The translations under genes and the position numbers were made by a program. A DNA stretch of 64,000 nucleotides. It comes from a bacterium. Lineage in GTDB: Bacteria > Electryoneota > Electryoneia > Electryoneales > Electryoneaceae. The stretch covers positions 3,136,001 to 3,200,000 of the forward strand of contig CAXXKJ010000002.1 in NCBI GenBank assembly GCA_963675295.2. The letters run 5' to 3'. A model generated the notes under the pieces. The model was not told the DNA's origin and did no database searches. It saw nothing but the letters and a program-made list of their open reading frames with translations. Below, in pieces: positions 9,882 to 18,933 of the stretch. Each line of letters begins with the position of its first letter. The stretch's first letter is position 1.

Positions 9882-10790
9882 ATGGCGAAGCGCGATTTCC
9901 TGCAGATTACGGACTTCAGCAGTGACGAACTGAAGAAAATGTTTGACCTTGCGATCGAGCTCAAGGCGATGACGAAGCGTGGCGAATGCCCCACCCCGCT
10001 CGCCGGTCAGAGCTGGGCGTGCATCTTCCACAAGGCCAGTTTACGGACCCGCATCAGCTTCGAGGTCGGTCTCGCGCAGTTGGGCGCCTCGAGTTTGTAC
10101 ATCACGAACCAAGAGATCGAGCTCGGCAAGCGGGAAAGTATCCCGGATGTCGCGCGTGTGCTCAGCCGCTATGTCGGCGGCATCGTGATCCGCACGTACA
10201 GCCACAAGGACGTGGAAGAACTGGCGGAATGGGCGAGTGTGCCGGTGATCAACGCGCTCACCGACTTCACGCACCCGTGCCAGGTGATTTCCGACCTGCT
10301 GACGATCCAGGAGCACCTCGGGACGTACGAGGGCAAGACGATCACCTACCTCGGCGACGGCAACAACATGGCGCGGTCGTGGATCAACGCCGCCCGCCGG
10401 TTGGATTTCAACTTGCGCATCGGCACCAGCAAGGACACGCACCCGGGCGAGTTGGTTGACATCGCGACCAGCGAAGGCGCGAAGGTCGAGGTGATGTACG
10501 ATCCGATCGAAGCGGTCAGCGGCGCGCATGTGGTGTATACCGACGTCTGGGCGAGCATGGGCGAAAAGGAGAAGCTCGGTGAGAAGACGACGGCGTTGCA
10601 GGCGTTCCAGATCAACGACAAGCTGATCGAGCACGCGGACGACAGCGCGATTGTGATGCACTGCCTGCCAGCCGAACGTGGCCGTGAGATCACCGACGAG
10701 GTGATGGACGGACCGCGCGCGGTGGTGTTCGACGAAGCGGAGAACCGGCTGCACGCGCAGAAGGCGATCCTGGTGACGTTGGCCGGGTAA
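9882..10790 (+). CDS. argF: Ornithine carbamoyltransferase
   Basis: Motifs S-x-RTR, VINAL, HPCQ, GDGNN, DVWASMG, HCLP and EAENR. Start placed at MAKRDFL after an RBS. Confidence 0.93.
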   Translation: MAKRDFLQITDFSSDELKKMFDLAIELKAMTKRGECPTPLAGQSWACIFHKASLRTRISFEVGLAQLGASSLYITNQEIELGKRESIPDVARVLSRYVGGIVIRTYSHKDVEELAEWASVPVINALTDFTHPCQVISDLLTIQEHLGTYEGKTITYLGDGNNMARSWINAARRLDFNLRIGTSKDTHPGELVDIATSEGAKVEVMYDPIEAVSGAHVVYTDVWASMGEKEKLGEKTTALQAFQINDKLIEHADDSAIVMHCLPAERGREITDEVMDGPRAVVFDEAENRLHAQKAILVTLAG

Positions 10791-10868
10791 CGTTCCAACG
10801 TTGTTCCTGGACCGCGAACGATAGCCGCGTACTATAGCCTCGAACGACGGACGAAGACGATAGCATGA

Positions 10869-10980
10869 ACCGGGGACACTTTGTCCTCAAAGTGTCCCCG
10901 GTGGTATATTGGCGGGGTTGTACGCTGAACCTGGAAGCTGTACGGATTGTGGGGGGACACTTAGCGGAGTAAGTGTCCCC
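10869..10980. repeat. Two GGGGACACTT..AAGTGTCCCC palindromes (10869-10902, 10953-10980)
   Basis: Perfect 15-bp and 11-bp stems sharing the core of 2508-2537. Confidence 0.8.
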
Positions 10981-11093
10981 GCTTTGTTCGGTAGCTATGT
11001 TCGGTAGCTAGTTACGGTAGCTTTAAACGCTCATTCATACGAATCAAATCTTGCATGCTGACTATGTTGATGATCCGCTAGACAGGGAATTGG

Positions 11094-12350
11094 ATGACCG
11101 CAGACAGCCCGATACCGCCGTTACGTCCTGTCGAAACCATCCCGGTGAAGCAGGATGGTCAGGACTATGTGGTTCTGCGTGACCCGCAGGGTTTCTCGGA
11201 CGGTATGATCGCGGTCGCGATGGGCGCGTTGCCGATCCTTGCACGTTTGGACGGGCAACTCAGCGCGATGGACATCACCGCGATCATGAGGGACGAGTAC
11301 GGGCTCGAGGTGAATCCGGATCAGATCGTCTCCATCGTCGACATGCTGGAAAAATCCCACCTGTTGCAGTCGGACGCCTTCCTTAAGCACCGGCTGGCGA
11401 TGGAAGACGAGTACCGCGGGGCGGATGTCCGTGAACCGATCCTGATGGGCGGCGGTTATCCCTCGGACCCGGATGAACTGGCCGCGTTGCTCGATACTCT
11501 GGAAGCGTCCGAACCCGACGAAGATTTCGGTCCGGAGAAACCGCTCAAGGGCAAACGGCTGCGTGGGCTGATGGTTCCACACATCGACTATCACCGTGGC
11601 GGCAAGAGTTACGGCCGGTTGTACAAGCAGGTGCGGGCGTTGCTGCCGGACCCGAGTGAAGGTCCGTTGCTAGTCGGCTTGATCGGCGTCGCGCATCACG
11701 GCGCATTCGAACCGATCGTCGCCACCGCGAAGGATTACATAACGCCGTTCGGCACGATGAAATATGATCGTGCCGCGATGGAATTGCTGCGGGACCGTCT
11801 CGGCGACAAGGTTGTGCGCGAGGAATATGTTCACAAGCACGAGCATTCGGTCGAGATCCAGGTGCCGTGGTTGCAGCATCTGCTCAAGGACCACGATGTG
11901 TCGTTCCTGCCGTTGCTCGCCGGGATTCTTGACGCGTTCGGCAACGGCGACGGTCCGATCGCCAGCGAGAAGGTCGAGGCGGCGTTGAATGCGCTGCGCG
12001 AGGTGGAGGAAAACCATCCGGGGCCAGTGTTGTGGCTCGCGAGTGTCGATTTTGCGCATGTCGGGCCACAGTTTGGCGATCCGGCGACGGTCAGCGACAA
12101 AGATCGTTCGATTGTCGAACGCCGGGACATGAAGGCATTGGAAACGGTGCAGAGGGCGGATGCGTCCGCGTGGTGGAACGAGCTGATGTCCGACGGCAAT
12201 CAGCGCCGGGTCTGCGGTGTCAACGCCACCTACCTGCTGCTCAACCTGGTATCGGGCACAAAGGGCCGGATCATCGACTACCAGCAGTCGGTCAGCGAGG
12301 ACCGCAACATTCTCGTCAGCTACGCCGCCGCGTTATTCCAAGACACCTGA
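11094..12350 (+). CDS. amrB: AmmeMemoRadiSam system protein B (MEMO1 family) with N-terminal winged-helix-like extension
   Basis: Motifs PHIDY..GG, GVAH, EHSVEIQVPWLQ, ASVDFAHVG and VCG. Confidence 0.8.
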   Translation: MTADSPIPPLRPVETIPVKQDGQDYVVLRDPQGFSDGMIAVAMGALPILARLDGQLSAMDITAIMRDEYGLEVNPDQIVSIVDMLEKSHLLQSDAFLKHRLAMEDEYRGADVREPILMGGGYPSDPDELAALLDTLEASEPDEDFGPEKPLKGKRLRGLMVPHIDYHRGGKSYGRLYKQVRALLPDPSEGPLLVGLIGVAHHGAFEPIVATAKDYITPFGTMKYDRAAMELLRDRLGDKVVREEYVHKHEHSVEIQVPWLQHLLKDHDVSFLPLLAGILDAFGNGDGPIASEKVEAALNALREVEENHPGPVLWLASVDFAHVGPQFGDPATVSDKDRSIVERRDMKALETVQRADASAWWNELMSDGNQRRVCGVNATYLLLNLVSGTKGRIIDYQQSVSEDRNILVSYAAALFQDT

Positions 12351-12526
12351 TCCACAACGGTGCTCTCTTTGTGTAAATCCCACCCCTCCCCCACCGTTCT
12401 CACTTGATTGGCAAGTTTGTACATACGAACTTAGTTGTTTCATCCACTACGGCGGGTTCGAACCGATTTGGGCGATAAGCATTTCTTTTTCCAGGATTTA
12501 CACGAGGGAGCGGCGACTCAGGCGAT

Positions 12527-14494
12527 ATGGATAACGTGAAGACGAATGGCGGTAGCCCCCTCTCTCTCACCTGGCACGAGTGGAATGACGCGGCATTCTC
12601 AACCGCTCTCGAACAGGACAAGCCCGTCTTTCTGTACCTGCGTGTACCGTGGAGTACCTCGGTGCATCAGTTTGAACGCGATGTGCTCGAAGACGACAAC
12701 GTGCGCCAGATTCTTGCGTCATCGTATGTGACCGTCGAGGTCAACGCGTTGCGTATGCCGGACGTGTTCGAGCGCCACAACCAGGGCGGCTGGCCGTCGA
12801 TCTGCCTGCTCAGTCCGGAAGGCGATCTGCTGCATGGCCGTTCCGCGGCGGCGCCGGAACAGTTACGGGACACGTTGCAGCAGGTGGCGACCTACTGGGC
12901 GGATCACAAGGAAGAAATACGGGAACGTGTAAAGCAGGTGGGCGCACCCTCACTTCCCCGGTTCAGCCTCCCCGGCCCGGAAGAGCTAACCGATCCCGCA
13001 GCGTTGGAAGGCATTCGTCACGACGCGATTGCTCATTACGACGTCAAGTTCCAAGGCTTCGGGCGTGCGCCGAAATTCCCGATGCCGGACCTGCTGCTGT
13101 TCCTGTTGGCCGATCCGGACGAAGAGTACAAGTCGCTGGCATACACGACGCTGGAAACGTTGCGCGCTTCATCGCTGCACGACATGCTCGGCGGCGGATT
13201 CTTCCGGTTTGCGTCGACAGAGTATTGGGGCCAGCCGCATTTCGAGAAGCTGGCGTATGTGAACGTTTCACTACTGGAAGCGTTCATCGAGGCGTACCGG
13301 GAATCGTCGGACGAGCGGTACGCCAACGTTGCCAACGGCATCCTGGTGTTCCTTGAGGCGCACTTGTCGGCGGAGAACGGCCTGCTGTTTGCGGCGTTGG
13401 ATTCGGACGGATTGCCGGGCGAGGCGGGCAGCACCTACGGCTGGTCGCGTGAGGATGTGATTGAGACACTGGACGAGGACGAGGCTCTCGTCACCGCTGC
13501 GCTGACATATTTCGGCATTTCTCCGTTCTCTCGTATCGCGGGCGAAGCGAACCGGTGTTATCTTGAGGAACGAGTACCGCCCGCTCAGATCGCGATGCGT
13601 CTCGTAAGGGATGAGGGCGCGGTGCAACAATTGCTGGTCACCGCACGTGACAAGATGAAGGCGGAGCGGGATTCGCGACCCGATCCGGCGGTGGATACAA
13701 TAGCCTACGCCAACGATCAGGCCCGTGCGATCGGCGCGTTGGCGATGGCATCGATTGTGCTCAACAAGCCGTGGGCATTGAATCGTGCGTTCCAGATAGC
13801 GGACACGGTCTGGAAGGACGGCCGGCGCAGTGGTGGTGGCAGTGAGCATGTCATTGGCGAGAGCGGAGATACAGTTTATCTTTCCGATCTTGCCGAGTTG
13901 ATTCTCGGGTATCTGGAACTCTATCGTGTGGCGGGACGCGGTGTGGACCTGGTTCGCGCTGTGACCCTGGCCCGCGAGACTGTAGATTTGTTGGGCGATG
14001 GAGAAGGCGTCGGTTGTTTTGACCACCTTGAACGGGACACTGAATACGGCGCTGTCCGATTTCAATACACTCCCTTCGAGGCGAACAGCCGTTTGTTGCA
14101 TGCGTTCGCCTTACTCTCCGCGTACACCCGTAACGAAGCGTGGCACACTCGTGCGCTGAACCTGTCGCAGGGGCTGGCGGCGGCGCGGCTGATGCACCGG
14201 CTCGCGGACGCGGCCTACGGGCGTGCGTTGCGCACATTGGTCAATCCGCCAGCGATGGTGGATCTGATTGGGAAGAACTCGGCTGCGCTACGGCGTCGGA
14301 TTCTGATGGAGGGTCCGTCGGGAACGTTGATCCGGGCGTTCGATCCCGATCAAAAGACGCCTTGGACCGATCCGGAGAAATATGACCGCAGCGGCGAGGA
14401 TGTCGCGGAAGCAGTGGTCATCACCGGTGGTACCGTGTCGGAACCGTTGACCGAGACGAGTGAAATCTTGCAGCAACTAAACGAACAACGATAG
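12527..14494 (+). CDS. YyaL/SSP411-like DUF255 thioredoxin-fold plus (alpha/alpha)6 protein
   Basis: Motifs W..W...AF..A...DKPVFL, GGWPS, GFGRAPKFP, GGGFFRF..W..PHFEK and R.SRPDP..D. Confidence 0.8.
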   Translation: MDNVKTNGGSPLSLTWHEWNDAAFSTALEQDKPVFLYLRVPWSTSVHQFERDVLEDDNVRQILASSYVTVEVNALRMPDVFERHNQGGWPSICLLSPEGDLLHGRSAAAPEQLRDTLQQVATYWADHKEEIRERVKQVGAPSLPRFSLPGPEELTDPAALEGIRHDAIAHYDVKFQGFGRAPKFPMPDLLLFLLADPDEEYKSLAYTTLETLRASSLHDMLGGGFFRFASTEYWGQPHFEKLAYVNVSLLEAFIEAYRESSDERYANVANGILVFLEAHLSAENGLLFAALDSDGLPGEAGSTYGWSREDVIETLDEDEALVTAALTYFGISPFSRIAGEANRCYLEERVPPAQIAMRLVRDEGAVQQLLVTARDKMKAERDSRPDPAVDTIAYANDQARAIGALAMASIVLNKPWALNRAFQIADTVWKDGRRSGGGSEHVIGESGDTVYLSDLAELILGYLELYRVAGRGVDLVRAVTLARETVDLLGDGEGVGCFDHLERDTEYGAVRFQYTPFEANSRLLHAFALLSAYTRNEAWHTRALNLSQGLAAARLMHRLADAAYGRALRTLVNPPAMVDLIGKNSAALRRRILMEGPSGTLIRAFDPDQKTPWTDPEKYDRSGEDVAEAVVITGGTVSEPLTETSEILQQLNEQR

Positions 14495-14556
14495 ATCAGG
14501 AGAATGCTGGTTTACGGACCAGTCTCCAAGTCTGGCTGAAACGAAGGAAGACGTTC

Positions 14557-17500
14557 ATGAACGACAAGGCACGGTTTCTGTGGATCGGGCTTGTACTGCT
14601 ATTGGTAGTGAGCTCTCTGCCCTCTTTCGCGCAGGAAAATCGGTGGTGGGATCCGCTTGATGGTATTCCGGTCCGCCAGGGTTTCCACATTGAGTGGTTT
14701 CGTAGTGTGACGACGAACGATCAGGGCCAGATGGCCATGATCTGGTCGGATACCCGTGAGGGTGGCCGCGACTTGTACATGCAGGTGGTCAACCCGGACG
14801 GTTCCCAGGTTTGGGACCAGTTCCCGGACGGTAAGCGTGTCGCCTGGGGTCCGAATCGTCAGGAAGACCCGCATGTGATGGCGACCAGTGATGGCAACTG
14901 GATCATCACCTGGATCGACTATCGTGACAGTGGTCCGAATGAAGACGTCGGAAACGTTTACATCAGCAAGATTGACGCGAACGGCGACCCGATGTGGGAT
15001 GATCACCCGGATTGGGATCTCGGCATTCCGCTGGCAGTCGTGCAGAACAAGCAGCTGGTCGTGCAGTCGTTCGATGATGGCAACGGTGGTGCAGTGACGA
15101 TCTGGGTCGATGGCCGCAACCAGTTCGCCGAATTGTACGGTCAGCACATCAACGCTGACGGCGACATACAGTGGTTCCCGACCTGGGATCCGGATGAACC
15201 GAACGGTATCGTACTCGCCGGTGGTGATGCGACGTTGAGTGAAGTCGGTTCCGCGTCCTACACGGCTGATACGGATGGCAATGGCGGGATGATTTTCGGT
15301 TGGCAGGACCACCGCATCGCGACGGATAAAAACCTTTACTGCAACCGCATCGACGCGGACGGTCAGCTGGTCTGGGCGGACTCGACCGGTCTGGAGCTGA
15401 GTACCGCAAACGGTGAGCAGGCCAGGATCCGCATGGCGCCGGACGGCGAAGGCGGGGCGTTCTTCACGTGGGAAGACCGTCAGCAATCGGACAATTACGA
15501 CCTGCTGGGTCAGCACATCGATGCTGACGGCAATGTCAGCTGGACCGCCGGCGGCACGGCAATTTGTGACGCCATCGGCAGCCAGGAAGCCCCGCGAATT
15601 GTCAACAGCGCGGTTGGCGAAGCGATTGTCATCTGGGAAGACCGTCGTATCGACAACTTCACGTTTGACCTCTATGTCCAGCGCATCAGCGACAACAACG
15701 GCTCACCGGAATTCCACTGGGGATCGGGCACGGACGGCTACCTGCTGACCGACGCCTCATCCAACCAGCGTGAGGCACGTCTCTTTGGCGATGGCCAGGG
15801 CGGCGCGGTCTTTACTTGGAAGGACGAACGGAATGGTGACGACCCGAACAGCGACCTGTTCGTGCAGCGCATCGACGTGAATGGTGACTGGCAGTGGGGT
15901 CCGGATTACAACGGCATGGAGCTTTGTGATGCGGACAACCTGCAGACGGGTAACATCGTTCGCCTGATGAATTCCACCACCATCGGCTTCGTCTGGTTCG
16001 ACTATCGCCTCGGTTCCCCGGGCCTGTTCTACCAGATTTACGACATGGCCGGCAACGAACAGTTGCAGCACAACGGTATCGAGCAGGTTTACGGTATTGA
16101 CGGCAACGGTTCCGGTCCGACGATCATTGACTCCGGCGTCGAGGGTGTCTACTACATCAGCTGGCGTGACGGCCGTCTCGGCCAGTTGGGTGAGTATCCG
16201 TTCGTGCAGCGTCTCAATGCGCCGGTGATGACCGATGAACATTCTTTCGGCTATGCGGTCAACGGCTTCTCGATGCTTCCCGGCTTCCCCGATGGTGCAC
16301 AGACCATTGAAATTCTCGAGCTTCAGCAGACTGCCGCTTCGGACGGTGGTTTGATCTCGGTCTGGAAGGACGACCGTGAAGAGTTCCTGCCGTTGGTTTA
16401 CGCGCAGAAGATGGACCTCGATGGCAACGTGCTTTGGGGTGACCAGGGCGTAGCGATTGCGTACAACCCGAGCATCGATCCGCATGATCCGCAGCAGCGG
16501 CCGCTCGTGCTGCCGGCGGATGATGGTGGTGCATTTACCTTCTTCCAGCAGGTTGATGAAAACTACTGGCTGCAGGTCAATGCCCAGCGTCTGAATGCGG
16601 ACGGTGAGCGCCAGTGGTTTGACGGTGAGAACTACAGCATCGCGCTGACGAGCATCACTGAGGACCATGCGATTCAGGCGGTTGAGTATTTCGAAAATGG
16701 TACCATCCTGATTGTGTTCCAGCACAACGATCCGAGCAACGACAAGGATCTGTATGCCATTTGCATGAACCAGGATGGGACGTTGGCCTGGAGTGAAATC
16801 CCGATCTGCGAAGCTGACGAATTGCAGAAGAGCGCGAAGACCGTCGTTGTTGACGGTGGTATTGTCGTGGTCTGGGAAGACCTGCGCCGTGGCGAATCCA
16901 TCAACGACCTGTACGGCCAGTTCATCACCCCGAATGGTGACCTGCTGTGGGCGACGGACGGCGTGATCATGGCTGAAGACGACGCGCAGCAGAATGAAGC
17001 CCGATTGCAGTCCAGCGGCTACGACGCCGACTGGTTCTGGCTCACCTGGAAGTCCTCGGCTGATGGCGTCACGGAAGATGTCTTCACGCAGCGTTTCGAC
17101 CTCGACGGTGACCCGTTGTTGATCCCCGCAGAAGGTGTGCAGCTTGGTGTTGACACCAACCCGCAGCAGGAGCCGGAAGCGGTGATGGACGGCAGCGGCG
17201 GGCTGTATGTGATGTGGGAAGAGAACATTGACGGGCAGATCTTCAGCGATCTCGTCTACACCCACATTGATATCAATGGTGATGTCAATCTCGAGCCAGA
17301 TGGTGAATTCCTTTGCGCGGGCTATCACCGCCAGGCTGAAGTGTCGGCGGTGCCGGATGGTCTGGACGGATTCATCGCTGTCTGGCGTGACAACCGTTCG
17401 ACGGGTAAGCAGGAGCTGGAAAACATCTACACGCAGCGCGTGAACATGTTTGTCGGTGTTGAAGAGAAGCCGGAAGCAGCCCAGCCGATGAAGATCGAGC

Positions 17501-17766
17501 TTGGCAACGCGTATCCGAACCCGTTCAACCCGTCCACCAACATCAGCTTCAGCATCGACCGTCCCGCATCGGTGAAGCTGGTAGTGTACGACGTGCTCGG
17601 CCGCGAAGTGGTCCGTCTCGTTGACCGTGCGTTGAACGCCGGCCAGTACGAAGTGAACTGGAACGGCATGAGCGAGTACGGTGTGCAGGTTTCGTCCGGC
17701 ATGTACTTCTACCGTCTCGAAGTCAATGACCGCTTGCTCACCCGCCGAATGGTGCTGATGAAGTAA
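14557..17766 (+). CDS. Large secreted beta-repeat protein with YPNPFN/FlgD-Ig-like C-terminal domain
   Basis: Signal peptide, many DG.GG....W.D.R....DLY.Q.I...G...W repeats, AYPNPFNP..WNG..SSGMYFYRL. Confidence 0.85.
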   Translation: MNDKARFLWIGLVLLLVVSSLPSFAQENRWWDPLDGIPVRQGFHIEWFRSVTTNDQGQMAMIWSDTREGGRDLYMQVVNPDGSQVWDQFPDGKRVAWGPNRQEDPHVMATSDGNWIITWIDYRDSGPNEDVGNVYISKIDANGDPMWDDHPDWDLGIPLAVVQNKQLVVQSFDDGNGGAVTIWVDGRNQFAELYGQHINADGDIQWFPTWDPDEPNGIVLAGGDATLSEVGSASYTADTDGNGGMIFGWQDHRIATDKNLYCNRIDADGQLVWADSTGLELSTANGEQARIRMAPDGEGGAFFTWEDRQQSDNYDLLGQHIDADGNVSWTAGGTAICDAIGSQEAPRIVNSAVGEAIVIWEDRRIDNFTFDLYVQRISDNNGSPEFHWGSGTDGYLLTDASSNQREARLFGDGQGGAVFTWKDERNGDDPNSDLFVQRIDVNGDWQWGPDYNGMELCDADNLQTGNIVRLMNSTTIGFVWFDYRLGSPGLFYQIYDMAGNEQLQHNGIEQVYGIDGNGSGPTIIDSGVEGVYYISWRDGRLGQLGEYPFVQRLNAPVMTDEHSFGYAVNGFSMLPGFPDGAQTIEILELQQTAASDGGLISVWKDDREEFLPLVYAQKMDLDGNVLWGDQGVAIAYNPSIDPHDPQQRPLVLPADDGGAFTFFQQVDENYWLQVNAQRLNADGERQWFDGENYSIALTSITEDHAIQAVEYFENGTILIVFQHNDPSNDKDLYAICMNQDGTLAWSEIPICEADELQKSAKTVVVDGGIVVVWEDLRRGESINDLYGQFITPNGDLLWATDGVIMAEDDAQQNEARLQSSGYDADWFWLTWKSSADGVTEDVFTQRFDLDGDPLLIPAEGVQLGVDTNPQQEPEAVMDGSGGLYVMWEENIDGQIFSDLVYTHIDINGDVNLEPDGEFLCAGYHRQAEVSAVPDGLDGFIAVWRDNRSTGKQELENIYTQRVNMFVGVEEKPEAAQPMKIELGNAYPNPFNPSTNISFSIDRPASVKLVVYDVLGREVVRLVDRALNAGQYEVNWNGMSEYGVQVSSGMYFYRLEVNDRLLTRRMVLMK

Positions 17767-17908
17767 GCGGGCAGCTTTTTTGAGTTTCCAGGGCATTCCG
17801 CAAGATTCGCGGGATGCCCTTTTTGGTTCCGCGAGCGTGATTCACGTTCGACTCAGCCCGCCCCCCATGCCCATCGCTATATTCCGGCACGGATTCGGGA
17901 GCCCCAGG

Positions 17909-18307
17909 ATGAATATTTCCAGCATTCTGCACGAACGGGAAAGCGAACAAACCCTTGAAGTTGCACGCGAAGGGCTTGAGCAGCAAACGGATGTTCCCGA
18001 AAGTGTGCTGATGAACCGCGTGCAGGTGATTCTTGCGGAAAAGCGGACCTCGCTCGCGGTGCTACGGACGGGGATTGGCCTGCTCACGTTACCGATGACC
18101 ATCGTCGCTTTCCTGGTGACCACCTCCTCATTCTGGGACCCACTGGAAAACCTTGTTTTCCTGATCCCGTTGTTTATTCTGAACACCGCACTTGCCACGA
18201 TGGGGATTGCATTGATTATCCGTGCGTGGAAACGTATCCGAAATTTTGACCGTGCGATCGAAGCCATCAAGAAACACGCGAATACCCTGGGTTATGTCAT
18301 TCCATGA
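17909..18307 (+). CDS. Small two-TM membrane protein, DUF202-like
   Basis: LAEKRTSLAVLRTGI motif followed by two hydrophobic helices. Confidence 0.65.
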   Translation: MNISSILHERESEQTLEVAREGLEQQTDVPESVLMNRVQVILAEKRTSLAVLRTGIGLLTLPMTIVAFLVTTSSFWDPLENLVFLIPLFILNTALATMGIALIIRAWKRIRNFDRAIEAIKKHANTLGYVIP

Positions 18308-18933
18308 CCGGCTTTCCAACACATACAAGAGACTCGCTTTTGCGAACCGGTCTGGCATTTGTGCTGCTGACGGCTCTGCTTCTCGTGCTGTTGTTCGTAC
18401 CAGCAGCGTCCGCACTGCCGCGTATCGGTGAGGTGGAAGCATTCTGGGAAGACAGCCTCGCGATTGTCCGGCCGGAAATCATCGATCCGTTGGATAAGTC
18501 GCTGCAACGGACCCTGCAATCGGGTGTGCCGGTACAGGTTGACATCGAGGTTCGCATCGCACGCACCGGCTATGTTAAAACCGAGCACATCGCTGTGATC
18601 ATCGAGTTCGATGTCTGGACCGGATGGTACCGGGTGACCACTCCCCTGTCCCCCTTCGCGATTGAGGAGTATTCAACGGTCGAGCGGCTGTTCGAACAGG
18701 ACCTGCTGCTGTTGTTCGACGAAGACAAGATCGATCCGGACGACGATTGGTTCATCAAGGTTCGCGCCGGTGCGAAACTGTACGATGGCGACGAAAGCCA
18801 ATCTTCTCACGGCGTCGCGAATGAGCTCAGCGGATTTACCCGTATGATCTTTGAGTTGTTCGGATCGGGAGAGAAGCGCTGCGAGTGGTCGGAGCTGGTC
18901 CGTCTGCCGGAGCGCGGGAGCACCGTCGAATGA
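18304..18933 (+). CDS. DUF4390-like periplasmic protein
   Basis: Signal/TM segment and LQSGVPV..FDVWT..YRV pattern. Overlaps the downstream NtrY-like kinase, a known gene pairing. Confidence 0.6.
   Translation: MTGFPTHTRDSLLRTGLAFVLLTALLLVLLFVPAASALPRIGEVEAFWEDSLAIVRPEIIDPLDKSLQRTLQSGVPVQVDIEVRIARTGYVKTEHIAVIIEFDVWTGWYRVTTPLSPFAIEEYSTVERLFEQDLLLLFDEDKIDPDDDWFIKVRAGAKLYDGDESQSSHGVANELSGFTRMIFELFGSGEKRCEWSELVRLPERGSTVE

Noticed and set aside
10030-10053. SLRT instead of STRT in ArgF, suggesting an N-acetyl/N-succinyl-ornithine transcarbamylase
   Set aside because: The ornithine-binding DVWASMG and HCLPA motifs of ordinary OTCases are intact.
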